Position numbers and translations under genes: made by a program. A DNA stretch of 64,000 nt, taken from the NCBI GenBank assembly GCA_028819005.1, contig JAPPMP010000015.1, forward strand, positions 48,897 through 112,896, read 5' to 3'. Shown piece after piece: positions 9,268 through 18,931 of this stretch. The DNA is from Acidimicrobiaceae bacterium (GTDB taxonomy: Bacteria > Actinomycetota > Acidimicrobiia > Acidimicrobiales > Aldehydirespiratoraceae). The number at the start of each line of letters is the position of its first letter. Within the stretch, counting starts at the first letter, position 1. A model generated the notes under the pieces. The model was given only the letters and a program-made list of their open reading frames with translations. It had not been told where the DNA came from and did not search any database.

Positions 9268-10392
9268 CTATCGGGCGGCGATGGCTCGTCCCAGAGTCGC
9301 CAGGTGCTCTTCGCCGTTGCCCAAGGTCAACTCAAGTTGTCGAGCCATCAGGAAGAACCGGTGGAGGGGGTAGTCGCGGTCCACGCCGACGCCACCATGC
9401 ACATGCACAGCGGCATGAACGACTCGAAAGCCGCCCTCGGCGGCCCACCAACGAGCCACCGAGACGGCATCTTGCGCTGGGAGACCCTGGTCGATCCGCC
9501 AAGCCGCCTGCCATGCCGTCAACATGATGGCGTTGGCGTCGATATAGCTGTCGCCGGCTCGATTGCTGACCGCCTGGAAGGTCGCGATGGGGCGGTCAAA
9601 CTGGAAACGCTGTTTGGTGTACTGCGCGGCCAACTCGATTGAGGCCTGCGCGGCTCCGGCCATCATCATGCACAGACAGCAGTTCACCCTGAGTTCGATC
9701 CAGTCCACGATCTCAGCGCCGGGCACACCAGACTCCGGACCTGCGAGCAGGGCATCCTCGGGAACAACCACGCCAGAGAACTCGAGCCGGGCCTGTGGAC
9801 GCCCGGTCGTCACCTCTACCCGAATTGTCGAAATCCCCGCCGTATCCGCAGGCACCAGGAACACTCCGCATGAACCGTCGCGCAGCTTGGCCGGGACCAG
9901 GATCAAACCCGCGTCGAGTCCGTCGGCCACCATCGGTTTGACGCCCTCGATGCGATAGCCGCCCGGGTCGGGCACGGCCACGACTTCAGGTTCAGCCGCA
10001 GTGGCGCCTTCCTCATACAGAGCCGCGGCCGCGATCAGCGAGCCATCGGCAATCGCCGGCAGATAGCGCGCGCGTTGCTCGGCGGTGCCGAACTCGGCGA
10101 TCGGCATCGCTCCCATCACCGCCGTCGACAGCAGGGGAACCGGAGACGCGGTGGCTCCAACCTGTTGAATTGCCATGGCAGTGGCCAAGAACCCCAAGCC
10201 CAAGCCGCCATAGGACTCGGGGACCGCGGCGCCCAGCACCCCGGCCTGTGCGAGTGCCGCCCATGCCTCGGCGTCGATTCGGTCGTCGTTGGCGGCTAGG
10301 CCAGACAGCCGTTCGTGAGTCGATTTGTCGCCGAGGATCTGTTCGGTGAGATCAGAAATGGCCTGCTCTTCTTCAGAAAGTGTGAAGTCCAT
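9268..10392 (-). CDS. acyl-CoA dehydrogenase family protein (374 aa)
   Basis: ACAD-like sequence throughout. Its start codon overlaps the stop of the upstream ACAD (ATGA at 10390-10394). Confidence 0.85.
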   Translation of the reverse strand: MDFTLSEEEQAISDLTEQILGDKSTHERLSGLAANDDRIDAEAWAALAQAGVLGAAVPESYGGLGLGFLATAMAIQQVGATASPVPLLSTAVMGAMPIAEFGTAEQRARYLPAIADGSLIAAAALYEEGATAAEPEVVAVPDPGGYRIEGVKPMVADGLDAGLILVPAKLRDGSCGVFLVPADTAGISTIRVEVTTGRPQARLEFSGVVVPEDALLAGPESGVPGAEIVDWIELRVNCCLCMMMAGAAQASIELAAQYTKQRFQFDRPIATFQAVSNRAGDSYIDANAIMLTAWQAAWRIDQGLPAQDAVSVARWWAAEGGFRVVHAAVHVHGGVGVDRDYPLHRFFLMARQLELTLGNGEEHLATLGRAIAAR

Positions 10393-11594
10393 CAGCGGTC
10401 CGCTTTCGGATAGCCCAAGCCGAACTGCGAGATCAGATCACGTTGCATCTCATTGGTGCCGCCGCCGAAGGTGAGAATCACCGTTGACCGGTACTGCATC
10501 TCGAGGCGGGTCAGGTAACCGATCGATCCGCTCGCGATGGTGGCCTGAGGTCCGTACACCTCCATCAACCTGCGATACGCCCTCGTGTAGAACTCGGTGC
10601 CGTACACCTTCACCGCCGATGAATCGGCGACGAAACCGGTGATCGTGTCCATGTCGGCTTGCTGTCCGTCGATCTTGGTCGCCACTGTCCAGGCCACCTG
10701 CCAGTTGGCGAGCCGCAGGTATTCGAGTCCGGCGGTGACCTCGGCAAGGTTGCGTTGGACCCAGGGCGCATCGATCACCCGTGAGCCGTCGGAGCGTTTG
10801 GTGTTCTTGGCGAAATCGATGGTTTCTTCAAGCGCCTTGGTGACCATGCCCGACGAACAGATCGTCACCCGTTCACGATTCAACTGACTGGTGATCAGGC
10901 CCCAGCCACCGTTCTCCTCCCCGACCAGGGTGGAGGCAGGCACCCGCACATCATCGAAGAACGTGTGGTTGATGTTGTGGGTCGACAGCAGGTCGAGCGG
11001 TTGGATCGACAGGCCCGGCGTGTCCATCGGAATGCAGAACAGCGAGATGCCCTTGTGCTTGCGCACCTCGGCGTTGGTGCGGGCCGCGAGCCAGATGTAA
11101 TCGGCGTCCGCTGCCAACGAGGTCCAGGTCTTCTGCCCGTTGATGATGTACTCGTCACCGTCTCTGACGGCCCGTGTGGTCAGAGACGCCAAATCCGTTC
11201 CCGCATCGGGCTCGGAATATCCGATGCAGAACGTGATCTCTCCCGCAGAGATCTTGGGCAGAAAGAACTGCTTCTGCTCCTCGGTTCCGAACTGCATCAG
11301 CGTCGGGCCGACTGTGTTGATCGTCAGCATGGGGATCGGCGCCCCACTGGCCACCGACTCATCGAACATCACGAACTGCTCGACTGCTGAGTAGCCGCGA
11401 CCGCCGTATTCGGTGGGCCAGCCGACCGTCAGCCAGCCATCGCGGCCCATTCGACCCACGATCTCTCGATGGACAGGGCCACAGCCCGCCTCGGCGGCCA
11501 GAGCCTCCCGGACCCCGGGGGTCAGGAGTTCGCGGTAGTAGGCGCGCAACTCAGCCCGCAACTCCTCCTGTTTGGCGTCGTACCCGATGAACAT
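10392..11594 (-). CDS. acyl-CoA dehydrogenase (400 aa)
   Basis: Typical ACAD motifs are present: FCIGYSEPDAGTDLASL, GQKTWTS and the C-terminal GGGTNEMQRDLI. Confidence 0.9.
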   Translation of the reverse strand: MFIGYDAKQEELRAELRAYYRELLTPGVREALAAEAGCGPVHREIVGRMGRDGWLTVGWPTEYGGRGYSAVEQFVMFDESVASGAPIPMLTINTVGPTLMQFGTEEQKQFFLPKISAGEITFCIGYSEPDAGTDLASLTTRAVRDGDEYIINGQKTWTSLAADADYIWLAARTNAEVRKHKGISLFCIPMDTPGLSIQPLDLLSTHNINHTFFDDVRVPASTLVGEENGGWGLITSQLNRERVTICSSGMVTKALEETIDFAKNTKRSDGSRVIDAPWVQRNLAEVTAGLEYLRLANWQVAWTVATKIDGQQADMDTITGFVADSSAVKVYGTEFYTRAYRRLMEVYGPQATIASGSIGYLTRLEMQYRSTVILTFGGGTNEMQRDLISQFGLGYPKADR

Positions 11595-11634
11595 GGCTTG
11601 TTTCTAGCAACTCGACGTCCTGAGAGCACATCGC

Positions 11635-11724
11635 GGCAGCACATCACGGCAGCACATCCACATCGCAGCAGCACATCACGGCAGCACATCCACATCGCAG
11701 CAGCACATCGCGGCTCTCGGAGAA
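11635..11724. repeat. intergenic tandem repeat array (13- and 19-bp units, 32-bp super-period)
   Basis: The units are AGCACATCGCGGC / AGCACATCACGGC / AGCACATCCACATCGCAGC, arranged A-B-C-B-C-A. The array lies 41-130 bp upstream of the ACAD start at 11594. Confidence 0.9.
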
Positions 11725-11791
11725 TGCCCGTGTGCAGATATCACGGCCACCAGACAACTGCTCCCGATGGCGATCAGGAAGCCGGTCGTCA

Positions 11792-14152
11792 CTACTCGAA
11801 TCTGGTGCCGGCCTCTTTGAGAAAGTCGAGGAACTTGACCGCTGCGTCGGGGGCCAACTCGCCTGGTTTGAAGGTCACCTCATGCAGGGTGCCGCGGTAA
11901 GGGAAGGGACCGTGTTTTTCGTAGATTTCCCAGCTGACCGGTGAACGGCGGTCAATGCCCACGTCAATGCCTTCAAATGGAGCTATCGCCATCAACACCG
12001 GCAGGCCGTGGGCACTGCCCACCTCGGCGCCGTCGCAGAGAACCGTGGCGCTCCATTGCCGGCCTGGCTCTGTTTTCATATCCAAGACGATTTCTTTCGT
12101 GCCGACGGCGAGTTCCCCGGCATCAACGACGGTCATATCGCCGTAGGCATTGAACACAAAGAAAAGGCGTCCGCCTTCGACGTACATCGCGTAACCGCCG
12201 CCCTGGTCGCCGTGAGCGAACAACATGCCCTCATCGCCTGGGGAATAGTCGAGGTCCACGCACACGTCGAAGGACCTGAAGTTGATCAATTGCAGTGCCC
12301 GCCAACGCTCAAGGGTCGGCAATCCCGGACGAAGCCGCACATCAGCGACGAATTCATCTTCCCAAGGAGGTTTCTCGATCATCTTGACGAAGTTGCCCTC
12401 GTCGAGGGGGAAGACCTGATTGTCCCAAGCGGCCTGCTCGAAAGCCTCCCGCAGTTCAGCAAGACGCTGGGGGTGTCGCTCGGACAGGTCGTGCGCTTCG
12501 GTCGGGTCTTCGGCCAGATTGTGCAACTCCCAGCCCGCATCGGCGAACGGCCGCTGCGGGATCCGCAACGACACGGCCGACCAGCCATCGCGGTACATGC
12601 CTCGGTGGCCGATCATCTCGTAGTACTGCTGGCGGTGGGTGGAGTCGCTCGTGGCGTCGGTCAGCGATGCCGCAAAGCTCTCGCCGGCCGGTTCAGGAAC
12701 TGGCTGACCGTGCTTTTGGGTGGGAATCTCCAGACCGGTCAGTTCCGCGAGCGTCGGCAGGAGGTCGGTGATGTGCTGATACTGCGTGCGGATTTCGCCT
12801 CGGCCTCCCGCTAGCGGTTCCGCTGCTGCCGAACCTGCAAGTCCTGCCGGCCAGTGCATGATGAACGGAACCTGGTGGCCGCCCTGGTGGGTGTTGATCT
12901 TGTACATGCGGAAGGGTGTGTTGGACGCCATCGCCCAGCCCATCGGATAGTGCGGAAGCGTCTGCGGGCCGCCCATGAGATCCAGCCGGGCGTGATCCAC
13001 CTCCACATCTTCCAGCGTGTCGATCCCCGTCTGCACCAGCAGGGTGCGGAAGTACTGCGAGGTGCCGTCTTGTTGGCCCTCGCGCGATCCGCCGTTGTCG
13101 GAGGTGAACACGATGATGGTGTTGTCCCACTCACCCATGGCCTGCAGATGCTCGCGGAGCCGTCCCACGCTCTGGTCGACGCTGTCGACCATCCCCGCAA
13201 AGATCTCCATGTAGCGGGCGAACGTCTCGCGTTGCAGGTCGCTGAGTTCATCCCAAGGGCTCACTGCGTGCAGTTCTTCTGTATTGCGGGGCGGTAGCAC
13301 CGTGTCGGGCGCAATGACCCCGAGTTCCTTCTGTCTGGCGAACCGCTGCGCCCGGATCTGATCCCAGCCCGCATCGTAGGCGCCGCGGTATTTGTCCATG
13401 TCCTGCTGTTTGGCCTGCAACGGTGCATGGACTGCACCGTGCGAGTAGTAGAGGAAGAACGGTTTGGCGGGATGCGAGGAGCGGACCTCGTCGATCATCT
13501 TTATGGCCTGATCGGTGAGGTCGTCGGTGAAGTAGTAGTCGTCGGGGTACTGGTCGACGTTGATGTGGTGGTTGTCCTCGTAGAGCCGGTGGGGCTGGTG
13601 GAAGTTCGTGAACCCGTCGAGGATCCCGTAGTAGCGCTCGAAACCCTTCTGTAGCGGCCAGGAGTTGCGGGGCCCGGCTTCGCTGAGGCTGGAGTCCTTG
13701 CAGAGATGCCATTTCCCGACCATCAAAGACGCCCAGCCGTGGTCCCGGAAGAGCTCGGCCATCGTGACTGCATCGTCACGGATTTCGTGGGCATAGCCGG
13801 GAAAACCGGGGTCGCTGTGCGCGACGTGGCCCATCCCCGCCAGGTGGTGGTTGAGACCGGTCAACATGGATGCTCTGGTCGGCGAACACATGGGGTTGAC
13901 GTGGAAGTTCGTGTAGCGAACACCATTCGCGGCCAACGCATCGAGTTCGGGCGTGTCGATTTCAGATCCGTAGCAGCCGAGGTCTGCGAATCCGAGATCG
14001 TCGGCCAGCATCACGATGATATTCGGAGCACCTTCGGAGGCGGTCGGACGCGGCGGCCAAGCTGGTTTCGACGTCGAGAAGATGCGCCCGACTTCGCCCT
14101 CGAACCCCGCGTACGGCGCGGTCGAGTCTGAATCTCCTGGAGTGGTCGACAC
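11792..14152 (-). CDS. arylsulfatase (Cys-type, formylglycine-dependent family)
   Basis: It carries [11 protein letters not shown] and the [11 protein letters not shown] (CxPxR) signature. I prefer GTG 14150-14152, right after the upstream stop (TGAcGTG). The ORF-track ATG 14215 would overlap the upstream gene by 62 bp. No signal peptide is visible. Confidence 0.8.
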   Translation of the reverse strand: MSTTPGDSDSTAPYAGFEGEVGRIFSTSKPAWPPRPTASEGAPNIIVMLADDLGFADLGCYGSEIDTPELDALAANGVRYTNFHVNPMCSPTRASMLTGLNHHLAGMGHVAHSDPGFPGYAHEIRDDAVTMAELFRDHGWASLMVGKWHLCKDSSLSEAGPRNSWPLQKGFERYYGILDGFTNFHQPHRLYEDNHHINVDQYPDDYYFTDDLTDQAIKMIDEVRSSHPAKPFFLYYSHGAVHAPLQAKQQDMDKYRGAYDAGWDQIRAQRFARQKELGVIAPDTVLPPRNTEELHAVSPWDELSDLQRETFARYMEIFAGMVDSVDQSVGRLREHLQAMGEWDNTIIVFTSDNGGSREGQQDGTSQYFRTLLVQTGIDTLEDVEVDHARLDLMGGPQTLPHYPMGWAMASNTPFRMYKINTHQGGHQVPFIMHWPAGLAGSAAAEPLAGGRGEIRTQYQHITDLLPTLAELTGLEIPTQKHGQPVPEPAGESFAASLTDATSDSTHRQQYYEMIGHRGMYRDGWSAVSLRIPQRPFADAGWELHNLAEDPTEAHDLSERHPQRLAELREAFEQAAWDNQVFPLDEGNFVKMIEKPPWEDEFVADVRLRPGLPTLERWRALQLINFRSFDVCVDLDYSPGDEGMLFAHGDQGGGYAMYVEGGRLFFVFNAYGDMTVVDAGELAVGTKEIVLDMKTEPGRQWSATVLCDGAEVGSAHGLPVLMAIAPFEGIDVGIDRRSPVSWEIYEKHGPFPYRGTLHEVTFKPGELAPDAAVKFLDFLKEAGTRFE

Positions 14153-14153
14153 G

Positions 14154-15344
14154 TCAGGCTTTGAAGAACGCTGGGCTGGTCGCTTTGCGGGGTATCTCCG
14201 CCAATGGCGTGGCAACCTCAGCTACCGAAGGGCCGTGCTCGGCTCCGAGCGGCGCGAGCGCCTCGAGATCGAAGCGGTACACATAGGCCGCGTTCTCGCT
14301 GAGCACTTTGCGCATGTCGGCTTCGTCCCAATGGGAGAAGGACCGTTGCAGCGCTTCACGCGAATAGGGATGGGTGCCTTCGTGATGCGGGTAGTCCGAA
14401 CCCCACATGACTTTGTGAACTCCCAGGGTCCTGATCGCTTCGGCCTCCGTCGGCGACGGGAACGAAGCTCCGATCCAGACGTTGCGGTCGAAATACTCCG
14501 AGGGTTTCATCGGGAGAACCACATCGGCAGAAAAGCCGAGCTCCCCGACGCGCCCGGCCGCGATCTGCATGTGGTACGCGTCCATGCGCCTCAGTTCCTC
14601 GATGGCCCAAGCAGTGCCTTGCTCGGTCATCACGTATTTGATGGCGGGGAACCGTTCGAACACGCCGCTCATGATCAGATGCGCCAGGTTGCGGTGGGCG
14701 AAGAAAGGCACCTCCATCAGAAAGATCAGCCCCGATGCGGGATCGTTGCCGTAGTTCGGGGTGCCGTTGCCACCATGCTGAGTGATCACCAGATCGAGGT
14801 CCGAGACAGCCGCCCAGAGTCGGTCCCAGTACGGCGACCAGAGTCCGGGCAGGTCGACGTCGGGTGCGACATGGGGCATCATGAAGCTTCTGAAACCCTC
14901 CGAGGCGGCCCATTCGAGGGTGCTGATGGCGTCGTCGACGTCCTCTAGGAAGATCTGCGGCAGTCCGCAGCGCTGCGCCGGGTAGAGGTCGCACCAATCC
15001 TTGAGCCAGCGGTTGTGGGCTTCGATGCCGGCCCGGCGACGCTCGTACTCTTCTCTGTTGCGCGGCGGGTAGGCGATCAACATGCCTGTCGGATAGAACG
15101 GCGGCACCGTGTTCGGAAACGTGATTTCAGCCACGATGCCATCGGCGTACTGTTCGCTGAGCCTGCGTTCGTTGTCCCAATTCCGGGTCCGGCCGTCGTC
15201 CTGGAGGTCCCGATAGGGGTTGGAGTAGGCCCCCCGCCACTCGGCGAAGGCCTCTTTCCACTCTTCGGCCAGGTACTCCTCGTACGCCGCCATGTTGCCG
15301 CCTGCGTGGCTGTCCGCGGAGATGATCGTGTAGTTGGCACTCAT
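14154..15344 (-). CDS. amidohydrolase-2 (ACMSD-like metal-dependent hydrolase) family protein
   Basis: The N-terminus reads [10 protein letters not shown] and the C-terminal region reads [11 protein letters not shown], typical of TIM-barrel amidohydrolase_2 proteins. Confidence 0.75.
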   Translation of the reverse strand: MSANYTIISADSHAGGNMAAYEEYLAEEWKEAFAEWRGAYSNPYRDLQDDGRTRNWDNERRLSEQYADGIVAEITFPNTVPPFYPTGMLIAYPPRNREEYERRRAGIEAHNRWLKDWCDLYPAQRCGLPQIFLEDVDDAISTLEWAASEGFRSFMMPHVAPDVDLPGLWSPYWDRLWAAVSDLDLVITQHGGNGTPNYGNDPASGLIFLMEVPFFAHRNLAHLIMSGVFERFPAIKYVMTEQGTAWAIEELRRMDAYHMQIAAGRVGELGFSADVVLPMKPSEYFDRNVWIGASFPSPTEAEAIRTLGVHKVMWGSDYPHHEGTHPYSREALQRSFSHWDEADMRKVLSENAAYVYRFDLEALAPLGAEHGPSVAEVATPLAEIPRKATSPAFFKA

Positions 15345-15778
15345 GGAGGCCAGCCTAGGAGCGAAGCCGGCACCCAGAGAAATCCGTCACGTCTGTCGAT
15401 GCGGCTCGCGCTCTTTGCGGCCCTGTCCGGTCGCGCCCCGAAGAATCCCGGAGCGTTCCAGCTGACCACCAAACGCATCGACCCGGGTTCAGCGTAAGCA
15501 CACACCACTGACAGACCCGGCAGCGGTCCTCGTCAGTGAGGTCGTCGCGTGTCGCCAGCGAATGGGGGGTTGTCGCCGCAGCGGCAGCGCAAGCCATCGT
15601 TTACCGATTGGAGGGGTTGGGAGTTGCGGTGGATTGCGTTAGCCCGTTTCGGATTTGAAGCGAGACCACACGATCTGCACCAAGCAAGACCGCAGTTCAA
15701 GACGCTCGAAGTCGCAGTCAGAGTAAGGCAGTTCCGCAGGCCAGTGTCTATCCGCTCGTCCCTTGGAGAGTATTGCCT

Positions 15779-16789
15779 TCAACTGCCAGACGGGCAGGCT
15801 GGCGGTCGCGTATTGTCGGTCAGTCGGATTCGCTGTTCGGCGAGGGTCCTGCCGGCGGCCCAGTTGTTGGTTTCCAGTGCCTTCAAGATCCCTGCGAGGT
15901 TGCGGTCTCGGACGCGCTCGAGTTCGCGGGTTGTGTACTGGCCAGATTGGGCGTCGGATTGGGCAACCAACATGTCGACGAGTTCGTCGCTCAGTTCAGG
16001 GACATCGGTCAACTTGCTCCACGGGAGAGCCAACGTCGGGCCGAATTGGCGGATGAAGTGTTCCACACCACCCTCCCCTCCGGCTGCGCGGTACGTCTCG
16101 AAGAGTCCCATCTGAGCCCAGCGCAGCCCGAACCCGTAACGGATAGCGTCATCGATCTCTTCGGTGGTGGCAACGCCGTCGTTGATGAGCCACAGCGCCT
16201 CGCGCCAGACCGCCTCAAGCAGGCGATCGGCAATGAAAGCGTCGATCTCGACGCGGACATGCAACGGCTTCATCGAGATGGACGAATAGGCGTCCATTGC
16301 CGCGGCAATCGCCCACCCCTCAGTCCGTTCGCCGCCGCATACCTCTACCAGCGGCAACAGATACACGGGGTTGAACGGATGGCCGACAAGCAGACGCTCC
16401 GGGTGGGCCAACGAACCTTGAAGGTCGGTTGGTTTGATTCCCGATGTCGATGATGCGATGACCGCCTCGGGTGGAGCCTGCCGATCGATCTCAGCAAGGA
16501 TGTCGCGTTTCACGTCAAGGTTCTCGGGAGCACTCTCCTGGACGTGTTGTGCCTCCGCGACGGCTTCGGCGATCGAGTCGACGACGGTCACGGCGCCCTC
16601 GGTGACGGGAGGCAGTTCAAGATCCCCCCACGCGGCGCGGGCGTTGGCGAACACCTCGTCGATGATCCGCCCAGTCTCGGGGTTGGGATCGACAACCGAC
16701 ACGTCAACCCCGTGCAGAGCGAACCGGGCAGCCCAGGCCGAACCGATCACCCCGGCGCCGACGACAGCGGCTTTTTCGACTACAGCCAT
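15779..16789 (-). CDS. L-carnitine dehydrogenase-like 3-hydroxyacyl-CoA dehydrogenase family protein
   Basis: It has the Rossmann N-terminus KAAVVGAGVIGSAWAARFALHGVDVSVVDP and a 3HCDH-type C-domain. The context is BKACE and a gamma-butyrobetaine dioxygenase-like gene. Confidence 0.7.
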   Translation of the reverse strand: MAVVEKAAVVGAGVIGSAWAARFALHGVDVSVVDPNPETGRIIDEVFANARAAWGDLELPPVTEGAVTVVDSIAEAVAEAQHVQESAPENLDVKRDILAEIDRQAPPEAVIASSTSGIKPTDLQGSLAHPERLLVGHPFNPVYLLPLVEVCGGERTEGWAIAAAMDAYSSISMKPLHVRVEIDAFIADRLLEAVWREALWLINDGVATTEEIDDAIRYGFGLRWAQMGLFETYRAAGGEGGVEHFIRQFGPTLALPWSKLTDVPELSDELVDMLVAQSDAQSGQYTTRELERVRDRNLAGILKALETNNWAAGRTLAEQRIRLTDNTRPPACPSGS

Positions 16790-16807
16790 GCTTGTCTGTC
16801 AGCTCCC

Positions 16808-17695
16808 TCAGCCGTGCTTGGCCAGACCGAGCATGTCGCGAACCTCGGCGGGACCCATGACGTCGATGTTGAGATTGTCGAGGATCTGCACGGCGCGTTC
16901 GACGAGCATGCCGTTGGTGGCAAGAACCCCCTTTTCGAGATACAGGTTGTCCTCCAGACCGACACGGACGTTGCCGCCCACCAGGACCGCGGCAGCCACA
17001 TACTCCAGTTGCCGACGGCCGATGGAGAAGGTGGAGAACGTCCAATGGTCGGGCGTGTTGTTGACCATCGCCATGAGGGTGTTCATATCGTCGGGCGCTC
17101 CCCAGGGAACCCCCATGCACAACTGCGCCAGGATCGGCGGCTCCAATAGACCCCGAGCCTCCATCTGTTTGGCGTACCAGAGATGGCCGGTGTCGAAACA
17201 CTCCAACTCCGGAACCACGTCCAGCTCGGCGAACTGGCGGGCAAGCTCGTCGAGCTGTGAGGTGGAGTTCGTCATGATGTAGTCGCCCTCGCCGAAGTTC
17301 ATGGTCCCCATGTCGATCGTGGCGATCTCTGGCATGCACTCTCGAATATGAGCCATCCGTTCGGTGGCGCCGGCCATGTCGGTGCCCGCTTCGTCGAGGG
17401 GAAGCGGATTCTCGACCCCGCCCAGGGTGATGTCCGCTCCGGTTCCCCCGGTCAGGTTGATGATGACGTCGGTGTCCGATGACCGAATCCGATCGGTCAC
17501 CTCCTTGTAGAGGTCGACGTCACGGCTCTGCTTCCCGGTGGCGAGATCACGGACATGACAGTGCACGATCGCGGCACCCGCTTTGGCCGCTTCGATTGCC
17601 GCGTTGGCGATCTCTTCGGGCGCGACCGGGACGTGGACGGACTTGCCGACCGTGTCACCTCCCCCGGTGACCGCACAGGTGATGAAAGTGCTCAT
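16808..17695 (-). CDS. beta-keto acid cleavage enzyme (BKACE / 3-keto-5-aminohexanoate cleavage, DUF849) family
   Basis: The N-terminus MSTFITCAVTGGGDT...EIANAAIEAAKAGAAIVHCHVRD is typical of the BKACE family. Confidence 0.85.
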   Translation of the reverse strand: MSTFITCAVTGGGDTVGKSVHVPVAPEEIANAAIEAAKAGAAIVHCHVRDLATGKQSRDVDLYKEVTDRIRSSDTDVIINLTGGTGADITLGGVENPLPLDEAGTDMAGATERMAHIRECMPEIATIDMGTMNFGEGDYIMTNSTSQLDELARQFAELDVVPELECFDTGHLWYAKQMEARGLLEPPILAQLCMGVPWGAPDDMNTLMAMVNNTPDHWTFSTFSIGRRQLEYVAAAVLVGGNVRVGLEDNLYLEKGVLATNGMLVERAVQILDNLNIDVMGPAEVRDMLGLAKHG

Positions 17696-17716
17696 TGGTT
17701 CCCCTCTCTACTCGGG

Positions 17717-18907
17717 TCATTCGAGCCTGTCAGAAATTCGGGCGGTCTGGTGGCGGCGCGTCAAGACTCGCAGTCGCGAATGCACCTCATCGTGATCGAC
17801 ATAGGCGCCTCGCAGCACTCTTCTGCCTGTGGTCTCGCTGAAAGGACCGCGTCCGTGCAGGATCCGACGGTTGTCGAAGGCCACTAGTTCGCCGGGCGAA
17901 AATACGGAGCGGAGTTGGTATTCGTCGCTGCGGGCCAGATCCGAGAATCGCCGCAAAGCCTCATACGCCAAGGGAACGTCGGATTCGGGCATGTCGGGAA
18001 ACGCCCTCACTGGGTGAAACGTCCGAAATGTCAACGGGCTGCCGGGTCCTCCGTGATCGATCAACGGGCCACTCCAACGATGGTCATGATCTGGTGAGCG
18101 GTTGAAGAAGATCCATTTGGCGCGCGAGAGAATCCCATAGACCTCCGGTTCATTGTCACGAAGGTGCTCCGCCACCGCGTAGCCGTCGGTCATGTGGCTC
18201 AATCCCCCGGTGCAGTCGTTCACTTGACAGTGCAGTAGCTGGTACCCGGGCGGAGTCTCGCGGGTCGGAAGGTCAGCATGGGGAGCCAAGGGCAAAGCCG
18301 TGTTGGCCACCGAACCCGGATCCAGATCAGCGGTCACGGCCCACGTGGTGCCGAAGTTGGTGTCGCGCAGCGCACCGATTCGAAGTCCCACCTCGGTCAC
18401 CACTTCTTCGTCGCGTCCAAGTTCGACTAGACGGGCAATGCCCAACTCCGCGAGCGCCTTGAGCCATGCTCGCAACGCCTCGTCGTCTTGAAGCACGTGC
18501 GGCCCGTTGAAGGTCGGCAGTTCCGGCAATGTCGAAGCCGTCCAAGTCTTCACTGGGGGAATGTGGGCACTCTGGGTGTGGCGACCCTCATGCACATGAC
18601 GCAACCAGCCCGAGTGGTAAAGCGACGGCGGATAGCCCCTCCAGGTCACTTCCAAGTCGCCGTTTGGGGCCACAGCAACTCCACTGAGCGCTTCTGGCGA
18701 TGGCAGGTCCGCCGGGTCGAGTTTGTTCTCCCTGGTCTGTTCGTCGATCGATTCGTCGCCCATGCGGTTCTCGAACAACCAGAGCGCGTAGGCGCGCATC
18801 TCTTCCCCATCGGGCCAGCGAATCACCACAAAATCTCCGTCTCGCCGAGCACCAGAAATCGGATGCTCGACGTAGCGATAGAAATCCGGCGTCCTACCTA
18901 GAGACAC
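17717..18907 (-). CDS. gamma-butyrobetaine dioxygenase-like Fe(II)/2-oxoglutarate oxygenase (TauD/TfdA superfamily with DUF971-like N-domain)
   Basis: The N-terminal part ...FVVIRWPDGEEMRAYALWL is DUF971-like. An HxD facial-triad element is present in LAPHADLPT, and the C-terminal region reads RRILHGR. Confidence 0.75.
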   Translation of the reverse strand: MSLGRTPDFYRYVEHPISGARRDGDFVVIRWPDGEEMRAYALWLFENRMGDESIDEQTRENKLDPADLPSPEALSGVAVAPNGDLEVTWRGYPPSLYHSGWLRHVHEGRHTQSAHIPPVKTWTASTLPELPTFNGPHVLQDDEALRAWLKALAELGIARLVELGRDEEVVTEVGLRIGALRDTNFGTTWAVTADLDPGSVANTALPLAPHADLPTRETPPGYQLLHCQVNDCTGGLSHMTDGYAVAEHLRDNEPEVYGILSRAKWIFFNRSPDHDHRWSGPLIDHGGPGSPLTFRTFHPVRAFPDMPESDVPLAYEALRRFSDLARSDEYQLRSVFSPGELVAFDNRRILHGRGPFSETTGRRVLRGAYVDHDEVHSRLRVLTRRHQTARISDRLE

Positions 18908-18931
18908 GACCTGCTGTATACACGCAGCGTA

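Noticed and set aside
11469-11900. A 143-aa + strand ORF spanning the AGCACATC repeat array.
   Set aside because: Its translation across the array is low-complexity (HITAAHPHRSSTSRQHIHIAAAH). The ORF bridges the antisense of two well-supported genes, so it is most likely non-coding.
15355-15597. An 80-aa minus-strand ORF inside the 434-bp gap, considered as a small gene such as the thioesterase missing from the carnitine operon.
   Set aside because: It has no hot-dog or alpha/beta-hydrolase features, is an Ala/Arg/Cys-rich odd composition, and has no RBS.
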